Below, one piece after another: positions 25,978-36,960 of a DNA stretch of 64,000 nt (position 1 is its first letter; each line of letters opens with the position of its first letter). Source of the stretch: Phoronis australis (lineage: Eukaryota; Animalia; Phoronida); the NCBI GenBank assembly GCA_002633005.1, contig NMRA01000801.1, forward strand, positions 62,001 through 126,000. Reading direction: 5' to 3'. The notes under the pieces are model-generated. The model did not search any database. It worked only from the letters and a program-made list of their open reading frames with translations, and was not told the DNA's origin. The position numbers and the translations under genes are program-made.

Positions 25978-28328
25978 CAGGGCTCATCATAACGGGCTGC
26001 AGGTCGCATTTGTAACCTGAAATTTGGAAATGTGAGCTGAGATTTTTTTCAGCTCGTATCAAGTCGCAAAATGCGACCTAGAATTTCCAACGTATGCGAG
26101 CTGAGTTTTTGCACTAGTCTCAGCAGATACCTGGCAAATACAAAGCAGCTCTTGTTAATCCGACCGTTATTTGGTTGTTGCCAAATCCAAGTTCAAAAGA
26201 ACACTAACCAAGAACAGTCCTCCCGATGACTTGTAAGCATGTCGCGTGAACATGGGACATGCAGAATTGATATTTGACACATTTTATTGGCTAACATTTT
26301 CGGCCACTTTTGCAAATTTCCGGATTCGCTGAAGAAAGTTTCTGGCCTCTGCATAACATGTGAAAAAATGTCTCAAAACAGCAGTGTTTCTACTAATTCT
26401 TAAGCAATCAACCTACCAAACTTTGTGGTGGACAAATATTTTTATTTTCGAGTAAGATGTCCTTATTACATGTACCAAATATCCACGAAAATATCCCTGA
26501 TATCGCACTGCGGCACTGGTCGGTCCCGTTGTTAGCGCGCAAGCGGTCCCGGAAGACGATCGTGACTTAGAAATGTGCATCTCGTTTTTTTATCGCATAA
26601 GACAGCCTAAGTGAAAATGACAACCCTATCAATCGCCAAATGATGGCCATGGCTTTAATTTCAGTTGAAAAGAAATTCTCAAACCCCTTTACTTGTTTCT
26701 GGGGCTACGTGCGCGAAATATGATTTCTCTTTCACACGTCTTTAGTTTAGGCCTACTCCAGCAATTCAAGTGCGTGAACTCGCACGTGTGCACCATTTCA
26801 AAGTTGCACATCAAAAGAGAGCAGTAACAGTCCTAAGCGAAAGAGTATACCAGCTTGGCTCTGTTAAGCACCCGGGTACGTGCCAGTGGTTTATTTGAAA
26901 ATGAACTTGTATATTCTCGGCGGTTATAGAAGATCCGATGCTTTACGATATTACGCGGGACCAATATGTCGGTAACCCAGAACTTATATTTTCCTGTGAC
27001 GATGTTTCCCTAGGTCGATAATCCCTAAACCCTATATTCTATACCCGTAGCCAGCTATTACAACTAAACAGGTACTAGATGCGAAATTGTGGTTAGGGAA
27101 CTTTTTATTCTTCTCTTCAAAAGGGGTACAGTGTAGGTGGAAACGATATCCAGAATATCACCCCTACTAGATGGAGTTTGCCTCGCAAAATTGTATTATT
27201 ATAACGTTTCTTACCATTGCAGTCTTTTAATATCTTATTACCACAAACACTTAAGTTAACGACTATGCTCACACACAAGCCTATTCCCTACCTTTGAAGT
27301 GTTTCATAATAAGTGCTCACTGATCTACTAAGCATTCCCGCTCAACTTTTGAGAATTTCCAATTAAGCGCCCACAGTTCAGGCTAGCGCCTATCACAGCG
27401 CACTACAAATGACCGCGTGTGGTTTAAAATTGACACACAGCCTAGCTATATAGTGCATCACTCTCATTTTACATAACAAATTCAGTTTTCAAAAAACGTC
27501 TTCTCAATAGGTAAAAACCAAATCCCGTCGTTGTTTCATACCTCCAAAAGAAAGTTAACACTAGTGACATGCGTGTCGTTTTGTGACTGACCTATTTTTC
27601 CGTACTTGGAAGGTATTGAGGAGTAAACTGGAGTTACCCGATGGAAACCTGCACGGTCGGGAATTATTTCGAGGCTATTCGTTTTGTGGAAAACTAATTG
27701 TTGAGTATGTAAACAGCATAAGTACCACATTGTTGTTGTGAAATTTGCACTAAGTTGTTCTGTGCATCCAATCATTCGGTTAGGGCATCGTTTCACAGGT
27801 TTTTTTTGACAGATGTTTTTCAAACTTCGAGTTAAGTTGCAAAATTTGGGCTGCGAACAAAAAGTGGAGGGAATTTGCATTCCGAGTTAGTTTGGATCTT
27901 TAACGACTTTGATGACATCAAGTAGCACGTCAGACCTAGCAAAATCGCGGATACTTTTTCAACGGGCACAACGCAAACTTAGCTACTCGAATGCTCGTGT
28001 CAGTTAGAGAACACTGATTCAACTTTCATGTCGGCAACTTGCCTTGCGCTCTAGAGCCTTTGAATGGCGGTCATGAAGAACAGTAACGCCGTACCTGCAT
28101 GAAGGAACTCAATATTGGGATCTGCAATTTGTATGTATTTAACACTTTAGGTAAGAGCTTAATCGAAACAATTTCTCGATGACCTAAAATCAATTTTGGC
28201 GCTTAAAAATGGCGGGAAAATTTTGCGACCTGGCATTTATGAATGCGAGATGGATTTTGAAAATGTGACCTGGGATTTTGGCTAGATCGCAAAATGCGAC
28301 CTGGCAATTTTAATAGCGTCGAGCCCTG
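25978..28328. mobile_element. ~2.35-kb non-autonomous hAT-like element in PIN1 intron 1
   Basis: Termini CAGGGCTC(G/A)TC / GTCGAGCCCTG with repeated subterminal GCGACCT motifs. No clear TSD. Internal 27121-27905 recurs at ~61008-61785. Confidence 0.65.
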
Positions 28329-28545
28329 AACATACACACATATAGTGTTACATAAATATAGGGAGGTTCTGTACATAGGTCAACATACACACATATACAT
28401 AGCTATAGGGAGGTTCTGTACATCAATCAGTCAACTTACACACATATACATATACGTAGCTACAGGGAGGCTCTGTACATAGGTCAACATAAACACAATA
28501 GTTATAGGGAGGATCTGCACATCAGTCACCATACACACATATACA
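28329..28545. repeat. Degenerate ~50-bp tandem repeat
   Basis: Recurring CATACACACATAT...TATAGGGAGGTTCTGTACATAGGTCAA. Confidence 0.75.
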
Positions 28546-28796
28546 TATAATTGTGCTGCATGTTGCAGGTCGCCCATATAATTGTGCTGTATGTCGCAGG
28601 TCGCCCATATAATTGCGCTATATGTTAGAGGTCACCCATGTAATTGTGCTGTATGTCACAGGTCGCCCGTGTAATTGTGCTGTATGTCGCAGGTCGCCCG
28701 TGTAATTATGCTGTATGTCACAGGTCGCCCATATAATTGTGCTGTATGTCTCAGGTCACCCATATAATTGTGCTGTATGTCACAGGTCGCCCATAT
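28544..28796 (+). repeat. 31-bp minisatellite x8 spanning the PIN1 exon-2 acceptor
   Basis: Unit AATTGTGCTGTATGTCACAG|GTCGCCCATAT. AGs end at 28568, 28599, 28630, 28661, 28692, 28723, 28754 and 28785. Confidence 0.95.
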
Positions 28797-28980
28797 TACA
28801 TCAACGTTCACACTAACGAAACTCAGTGGGAGTTACCAACACAACCAGCCGTTAAACCCATTATGGAGCAAGTGAGGGCATCACACCTGCTTGTCAAGCA
28901 CCGGGATTCACGGCGACCAGCGTCATGGAGGGAGCCTAATATTACGCGTACCAAGGATGAGGCGCTGGAGATCTTAAAAG
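28786..28980 (+). CDS. PIN1: PIN1 exon 2 (WW C-half and start of parvulin domain)
   Basis: (G)[17 protein letters not shown]...[36 protein letters not shown](G), 195 nt. CAG acceptor 28783-28785, GTGAAT donor at 28981. Confidence 0.96.
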
Positions 28981-29237
28981 GTGAATAGAATAATAAAGAC
29001 ACATGCTGAGGCATGGCTTAGTATCTCTTCTTGTTCTAGGCCTTCAGTTTCTAATTCTATAGATAAATGTGTTTTCATACTTGTGGTGAAATTTGCAAAC
29101 TGAGCTATGCTATTTTTCGCAGAAATTGTAGACGTTGGAGAATGTGTTTATTTCTGCTTATTTTGGTTTTGATTAGTAGTACGCAGATTTTTACGAATCA
29201 GAGTCTGTAGTGGTTAACAGTTACTGGGTCAATTCAA

Positions 29238-30522
29238 TTTTTATGCACCCACATATTTGTATGTGGACGCATTATGCCATCATCTTCGTCCGGTGTTCGA
29301 CGTCCACTGCTCTATCTCCAAAACCCCTTGATGTATGTTCATGAAATTTTGCACATACGTTCCTTTTGTGGATGGGATGGCATGATCAAACTTTCGGACG
29401 GATTTGACTACCGGTGTGTCACCTAATTGCAACTTTACTTTTTACATTTACCTCTGTTTCTTCAAAAGTCCTCAACGGATTTTCATAAAATTACGTATGT
29501 AGGCACCTATTAGTGAGATGACACTATCCTCACTTTTTCAGATGGATGCGACGTAATTTGCACCACCTAGTGGCCATTTTTACTGTTTTCGAGTCTTATC
29601 TTTTGCGTCCACCCCTGTATCAACCAAACCACTCAAAGAATGATTGTGAAAATTGGCATGTACGTTCTTACTATGAAGTGGACGGCTGATGATGATTATC
29701 CGATGGCTTCGACTACTTTGACACGCCTCCTAGTGGTAGTTTTTTTCACGCTTATGCCTGTATCTCCTAAACTGTTTGCAGGATCTTTACTTAATTTAAC
29801 AAGTGTATTGATATGATGTTGACTACGAACGACGACAACTTCCGGACAGATCTGACTTCTGGTGTACCCCCTAGTGGCAATTTAAGTTTTTACATTTAGC
29901 TCTGTATGTTCAAAGGTCCTCAACAGTTGTTCATAAAATTTTGAATATATGCATCTAATGGTGAGGTGACGCTATCCTCCTGGTTTTGGATGGAATCAAG
30001 ATATTTTGCAATACCTGGTGGCCATTTTTGCTGTTTTCGAATCTTGTTTTTGGCGTCCACCCCTCTATCAACCAAATCATTCTTAGGATGATTTTAAAAA
30101 TTGGCATATATGTTCTCAGCGTGAAGGGGACGTTTGATGATGGCGACTGACTACTGTGGCACCTCGTAGTGGTAGTTTTTTTTTGCGCCCATAGCTGTAT
30201 CTCCTAAGCCCACTGCAGGATCTTCAATAAATTTAGTGAGTGTATTTATAATGAATATAACAACAGTTGACGACGACTTTCAGGCGGATCCGACGGGCGC
30301 TGTGCCCACTTAAGTGGCAATTTCATTTTATTCTGGTTTCCTTTGTTTCTCTGAAGTTCCTTGACAGATTTTTATGAAATATGGCATGTTCCCGTTTTTG
30401 GATGGATTGTAAGTTTTTGCGCCATCTAGTGGTCATTTTTATGGTACAAATAAATAACCCTAAAAGCACACCATGTACGATGCATTCGTGGGTGCATTTC
30501 AATGCTCCGCGTTGCTCTTGTT
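29238..30522 (+). mobile_element. Full-length HINE/DINE-1-like element (PIN1 intron 2)
   Basis: 5' T-run + ATGCACCCAC with nearby partial inverted repeat, central ~150-bp subrepeats, 3' subTIR GTGGGTGCAT, then stem-loop CAATGCTCCGCGTTG and CTCTTGTT. Confidence 0.85.
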
Positions 30523-30876
30523 TTAAATTTCTGTTAAAAAAATTGATCACGTTTGTTACCAAAAGTTTCCTGAGGTATATCGCATTGCTGCACTTTCAGG
30601 CCCATGTGCTTATATCCGCAATAACACCATTTTTCACATCATTTTCACACCTAAGTGGTTTGCATTTTGGTGTATGCACCTAAATTTGGTATATAAGCCG
30701 AAGTAGGCAATGTCCCCTGCATAAGCTCATGTATTAATTTTATTTGCATACAAGTGCACCTGTTTTGACTACTGCTGTGTCTTCTAAAGACATTTTTTTT
30801 TGCTTTTGCGTCATTGGAGTTCCTTGGTGTATTTTCAAGAAATTTTTGCTAAACTTATGTCTTGCCTTTTTTGTCC

Positions 30877-32550
30877 TTTTTTATGCGCCCACATATTTAT
30901 ATGTGGACGCATCATGCCGTCATCTCCGTCCGTCCGTACGGGCGGCGTCCGTCCGGCGTCCGCTGCTCTATCTCCAAAACCCTTTGACATAATTTTGTTC
31001 ATGAAATTTGGCACATATGTTCCATTCATGAATGGGACGGCATGTGCGAACTTTTGGACGGATCCGACTACCGGTGTGCCCCCTAGTGGCAATTTTAGTT
31101 TTTTACGCTTACCTTTGTATCTTCAAAAGCCCTGAACGGATTTTCATGAAATTTGGTATGTAGGCACTTATTAGTGAGATGACGCTATCCTCCCGTTTTC
31201 AGATGGATTGGACATAGTTTGCGCCACCTAGTGGCCATTTTTAGTGTTTTCGAATGTGTTTTTGTGCGTCAACCCCTCTATCAACCAAACCGCTCAAAGG
31301 ATGATTGTGAAAATTGGCATGTATATGCTTACTATGTAGAGGACGGTTGACGATAATTTTCCGACGATTTCGACTACTGTGGCGCCTCCTAGTGGCAGTT
31401 TTGTTTTTTTTCGCCTGTGGCTGTATCTCCTAAGCCGTTCGCAGGATTTTTACGAAATTGTGTAAGTATATTTATATGATGTTAACAACGGAACATGANN
31501 NNNNNNNNNNNNNNNNNNNNNNNNNNNNNNNNNNNNNNNNNNNNNNNNNNNNNNNNNNNNNNNNNNNNNNNNNNNNNNNNNNNNNNNNNNNNNNNNNNNN
31601 NNNNNNNNNNNNNNNNNNNNNNNNNNNNNNNNNNNNNNNNNNNNNNNNNNNNNNNNNNNNNNNNNNNNNNNNNNNNNNNNNNNNNNNNNNNNCCCTAGTG
31701 GCAATTTTATATTTTTACGTTTACCTCTTTATCTTCACAAGTCCTAAACGGATTTTCATGAAATTTGGTATGTAGGCACCTATTAGTGCGATGACGCTAT
31801 TCTCCCGTTTTCGGATGGATTCGACCTAGTTTGTGACACCCAGTGGCCATTTTTACTGTTTTTGAGTCTGTTTTTTGGCGTCCACCCCTCTATCAACCAA
31901 ACCGCTCTAAGTATGATTGTGAAAATTGGCATGTACTTACTATGAAGAGGACGGTTGACGCTGAATTTCCCATGTCTTTGATTACTGTGGAGCCTCCTAG
32001 TGGCAGTTTTTTTTTGCGCCCATGACTGTATCTCCCAAACCGTTTGCAGGATCTTTACTAAATTTAACAAGTGTATTTATGTGATATTGACAAGGGACGA
32101 TGACGAGTTTAGGATGATTCTGACTACCGGTATGCCTCTAGTGGCAATTTAAATATTTCACATTGACCTCTGTATTTTCATAGGTTTTCAGGTGTATACT
32201 TTGTGTTACTTCGTGACTATGAAGGAAAAGTTCCAAGTAGAAATTTGTTTCTGGCATTCTAATGCTGTGCTAATCTCGTATGTTGGTAAATTTGTTTTTA
32301 ATTCTATGTTTCTGTGGTGCTTTAAGCAACTAATGCATAATAGGATGTGCTTGTATTATGAAGATCACTCACATTTTGAAACCTAGCCTATTGAGGAGGC
32401 AATGACCATGCCTTTCCATTTTGCAAAGTACAACATACTACATATATGCCCTCTACTGGCCACTTTATGGTACCAATAAACAACTCTAGAAGGATACCGT
32501 ATATACGGTGCAATTGTGGGCGCATTTCAACGCTCTGCGTTGCTCTTGTT
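30877..32550 (+). mobile_element. Second HINE/DINE-1-like element in PIN1 intron 2 (contains N gap)
   Basis: 5' subTIR ATGCGCCCAC, (GTCC)n, subrepeats, 3' GTGGGCGCAT and CAACGCTCTGCGTTG hairpin. Confidence 0.85.
31499..31692. other. Assembly gap
   Basis: Run of N inside a HINE tandem array. Confidence 0.99.
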
Positions 32551-32841
32551 ACTATGTGGTTCCTATATTGGGCCATGTGGCTAAGTATCTCATATAAGCC
32601 AGTTCCGCCTGTGGGCCTAATGGCGCGCCAATACAGTACTGCACATATGCCTGAACAGGCATAAAGTAGGGGTGCCTGTTTGCAGAAATTCCTATCACAG
32701 TCCCGTTTTTCAGCTGTTCAATCTGCAGCTGAGATTAAAACATTCACGCCAAGATTCAAGCGTTTTTTAAATAACAGCTTTGCTTTGTTCGTACAGCTTG
32801 TGACTTTGTTAAAGTTCTACATCCTTCATTTACGTTTACAG

Positions 32842-33062
32842 GTTTTCGTCAAAAGATTGTCTCGGGCGAGGCAACATTAGCAGATCTGGCCAAAATCAAC
32901 AGCGACTGTGGGTCAGCCCAGAAAGGTGGGGATTTGGGATTCTTTGGTCGCGGGCAAATGCAGAAGCCCTTCGAAGATGCCACGTTCGCCTTGGAGGTCA
33001 ACCAGCTGAGTGAGCCCATCTTTACAGACTCAGGAATACACATCATTTTACGCACTGCATAA
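32842..33062 (+). CDS. PIN1: PIN1 exon 3 (parvulin catalytic core, stop codon)
   Basis: (G)[75 protein letters not shown]. Spliced CDS is 49+195+221=465 nt, 154 aa. Confidence 0.96.
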
Positions 33063-33403
33063 AATTAACTAAGATTTGAAATTCTTTAGGCATCCCATGG
33101 AAGAGGCTGGTGAACTTTAGTGCTACAACATTCTGGTTCTATGATGTGTATCTTATTCAGTTCCATGTGTTTGCATAATTGTAAAACTGTATACTTCTCT
33201 TATAAGTAACCATAAGGCATGGGTAACATGCTGGAAGACTTTGTGAGATGTTAGATGAGTGCTGTTCATGCTATGCGATCTTCTTAGTAAAAATATATGG
33301 TTCTCATATTAATGAAGTCATTTTTCTTCTGAAGTTGCTGTGCAATTAATCATTAAAGGTTAGTTAACAGACGGAAATTATTCCTGCAATGTCATTGAAT
33401 TGT

Positions 33404-33409
33404 AATAAA
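33404..33409 (+). terminator. Putative PIN1 polyadenylation signal
   Basis: AATAAA ~340 nt after the stop codon, followed by a T/GT-rich stretch. Confidence 0.6.
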
Positions 33410-33837
33410 AATGATTTTTCTTCCCCAATGTTATATTGTTTTTTGTTCTACTCCTTCAAGTCGTCAAAATGTTTATAATGGCTGGTCCCTTGGGATCAAT
33501 GATTCGTGCCGCCCCCTGGTGGCATTTTTCCACCGAGTAGCATTGTGCAGGGTTTTCTACCAATGCGTCATTGTTTTGCAAGTCTCTTGTCAGACGGTTG
33601 GAAATTGAGCCTTCATATCCCGATGTAGACTTGTGAGATCTTGAATTGAGCTACAAAGCGTGCTTCTTTTGTTGCATAGCCCACAATCAAGGTAGTTGGG
33701 CTCGTACGTCTGTTGAAATTTGTCTATAGTTTCATAGTCCACAATCAATCTAGTTGGGCTAGCACATCTGTTGAGGTGTTTCTGTAGTTTCATAGTCCAC
33801 AATCAATGTTTATAATGGCTGGTCCTTTGGGATCATG

Positions 33838-34845
33838 ATTTGAAAACAGTAAAAATGGCCACCAGGTGATGCAAAATACATCGATTCCATCCAAAAACAG
33901 GATGATAGAGTCATCTCACCAATAGATGCCTATATTCAAAATTTTATGAAAATCTGTTGAGGACCTTTGAAGATACAGACTGGTAAATGTAAAAAACTAA
34001 AATTGCCACTAGGGGGCACACATGAAGTCAGATCCATCCGAAAGCGTTCGTCGTCGTTGATTGTCAACATCATATAAATACACTTGCTAAATTAAGTAAA
34101 GATCCTGCAAATGGTTCGGATACACCCGCCATCAGCACAAAAAAAAAACTGCCACTAGGAGGCGCCACAGTAGTCGAACTCGTCGGAAAATCGTCGTCAG
34201 CCATACACTTCATAGTAAAAACATACATGCAAATTATCCTGAAAGCCATTTGGTTGATAGATCAGTGGACATCAAAAAACAGACATGAAAGCAGCAAAAA
34301 TAGCCACTAGGTGGCACAAACTAGGTCGAATCCATCTGAAAACGAAGAAATACTGTCACCTCATTAACATATAAATATATGCCAAATTTTTTGAAAATAC
34401 ATTGAGGACCTTTGAACATACAGAGGTAAACGTAAACAAAAATAAAATTGCCACTAGGTGGCACAACAGTAGTCAGATGCATCTGAAAGTCGTTGTCGTC
34501 GTTAATAACATATCAATACACTTACTAAATTAGGAAAGATCCTGCGAACAGTTTAGGGGATACAGCAATAGGCGCTACAAAAACAAAACTGCCACTAGGA
34601 GGCACCACAGTAGTCGAAGTCGTCGGAAAATCGTCAGCCGTCCACTTTATAGTAAGAACATATATGTCGCCAATTTTCACAATCGTCCTTTGAGCGGTTT
34701 GGTTGATAGAGGGGTGGATGCAAAATAACAGACTTGCAAACAGTAAAAATGGCCACTAGGTGGCGCAAACCATGTGAAATCCATCTGAAGACGGGAGGAT
34801 AGCGTCATCTCACTACTAGGTGCCTATATACCAAATTTTACAAGA
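33838..34845 (-). mobile_element. HINE internal tandem array, reverse orientation, termini missing
   Basis: Same ~150-bp subrepeats (GCCACTAGGNGGCRC) as the other copies. Confidence 0.8.
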
Positions 34846-34980
34846 ATCCTCATCTCTGTCTGCTACTTTCCCATCAATTCCCCTTTAATTCTTCCCTGTC
34901 TGGTGATGAATTGACGGGGAATGTCAAACATTTTGTCTGAATACTTAAGTCACGTACTGTAGTCACAAAGTAAGACTAGT

Positions 34981-36072
34981 ATCTTTTGCGCACTCAACTC
35001 TGGTTACATTTGTATTGCGATTGGTGCATTATTTAGAGGGGGTGGTGTACTCATGAAACCGGGCGAAAATTTTTCTTTTTTCTTGTCGTAGAAATATCCA
35101 ATTAATTTTAAATTTTACAAAAAATAGGACTTCTAATAAAAATAAAAATTCTTCGTCAAGATTCCAAAAATTTGATCCTATTTTCGCACACAAATAACCT
35201 TCACACCCCTTCGTAAGGACTATCCTATGTGGGCAAACTCGGTCACTTGCCGGTATGCCGTCCATTTTGGGTGGTTGGCGAATTTTGAGCTCAAGGTCGA
35301 AATTAAACGTCCCGTGGAGTATGAAAATGCAGATGAAGTCCATGAAAAGATTTGGAGATAGTATACTGAGTGTTTCTTGACCTGTTAATGTGAGTTTTGT
35401 TTGATAGGTTAAATTTTCACGCGCGTTAAAAATTTTTAAACGTTGATGTTCGGCACGGCAAAATCACCGACACGCGGAAGTGACGTCACCAGCCAATATT
35501 TCAAAAGCGGTTTTAGATACACTCACATAACGCTTTTGCGCACGTCGGGGACATGTGACACTTGAATGCAGTTCAGTCCAATTTTTTAAGGGGATGTTGG
35601 TCTATAAAGAACCGGACGAAGAATTTTGAAATAAAAAATTTAACTTGCATTTATTTTGCTCTAAAGTTGAAATTTAACAAAATTTTTATGTTTAAGGACG
35701 AAATTAAAAATTCTTCGTCCGGAAAGTGAAAATTTGACCTTTCTTTTACATAAAAACATTTAATGCACCCCCCCAACTGGTGAGTCCAACATGCGCAAAG
35801 AGCTGAAAAATGCCTACTTGTCGGTGCCGCGGTTTCACGAGACTGGGATTCCTGAACCTGGACCTTCATTCAAAGGTGGAATTTCACACTTTAGTGGGCA
35901 GAGAGGTCAGACTCATTTATTGTACGTTTAGAAAGTTTATTTGAGAATCTGTTACTTTACTTTTTGTAGCTTAAGAATGTGAAGTTTAACTAATAANAAA
36001 TTTTTGAAAATGGAACTTGGGACATTGAAAATGACCCATCCAAAAACAAAATGGCCGACTTCGACCGCCCTA
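34981..36072. mobile_element. Truncated second copy of the GCCCTA-ending element
   Basis: Near-identical to 24054-25500. Confidence 0.8.
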
Positions 36073-36624
36073 CTTATATAAATGTTACCGTTCTCCAACG
36101 TTATCACGAACTCTGCCTTTTTCAGTTCTTGTTCCTGGATTCAGAAGTAGCCCTGAACCATAGGTTAAAAAGACATGGCTACGAAAACGAATCAAATTTT
36201 GAAAATCATCGCCTTCGTGTGATTACGTGTTGCTGTCGCCAGACTGTTGTTCTTCCCCAACATCAATGTCGAAAATCGACGTTACAAGTGATGGAAACTT
36301 GTGTCCTTTGTTCCTAACTTTTAACCCATTTTTTAAGAAAGGGGTGTACTGATTGTGTCTAACGTTGATAGAGCATAACTTTTGGTTTTTACAATGCATT
36401 AATTGTGTTGAATGCATTCATATTAGGTGGCTTCATTGAGTTGAACAGAAAATAAGCTAAATGTAATATAATAAAGTTTTGAAAATAAAGAGAACAGTAA
36501 AACAGGACTCCCTAAAAATCGAGCTGTTTTCGAAAACTTAGCACCATGTTGATGATCTGANTTTATTCTTGGTCGAAAATGGCGGGCCGTCCGAAAATCA
36601 CGCGACTTTACCGTAGTAATTATC

Positions 36625-36960
36625 CCTTGTATCTGAATCATGTGCCAAATATTGCACCTTATGTTATCTTCCATGCCCATCTGGAGTCCAGCTTTTGCAG
36701 CTGTACCTCCAAAACCCATTAGTGGATGTCCATGAAGTTTTGTAAACATGTTCCTAGCATGAGCAAATTTTCGAATGAATCGGAATGCCGGCATGGCCCC
36801 TATTGGCAATTTTGTGTGTCTAACAGTATCTTAGGATTTCCTTGAAGGATTTTCTTGAAATTTGGTAGATAGGTATCTATTAAGCAGCACTTGACAGGTG
36901 AAAATGTCCACTTGAAAATACGAGTGATGGCATATTTGCACTTGTATTTTTGAATTTGGG
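36625..36960 (+). mobile_element. Highly diverged HINE-related fragment
   Basis: CTGTACCTCCAAAACCC...CATGAAGTTTTG...GCCCCTATTGGCAATTTT resembles the HINE first subunit. Confidence 0.5.

Noticed and set aside
31450-31775. ORFs spanning N runs (also 42349-42754)
   Set aside because: They are open only because N codons contain no stop.
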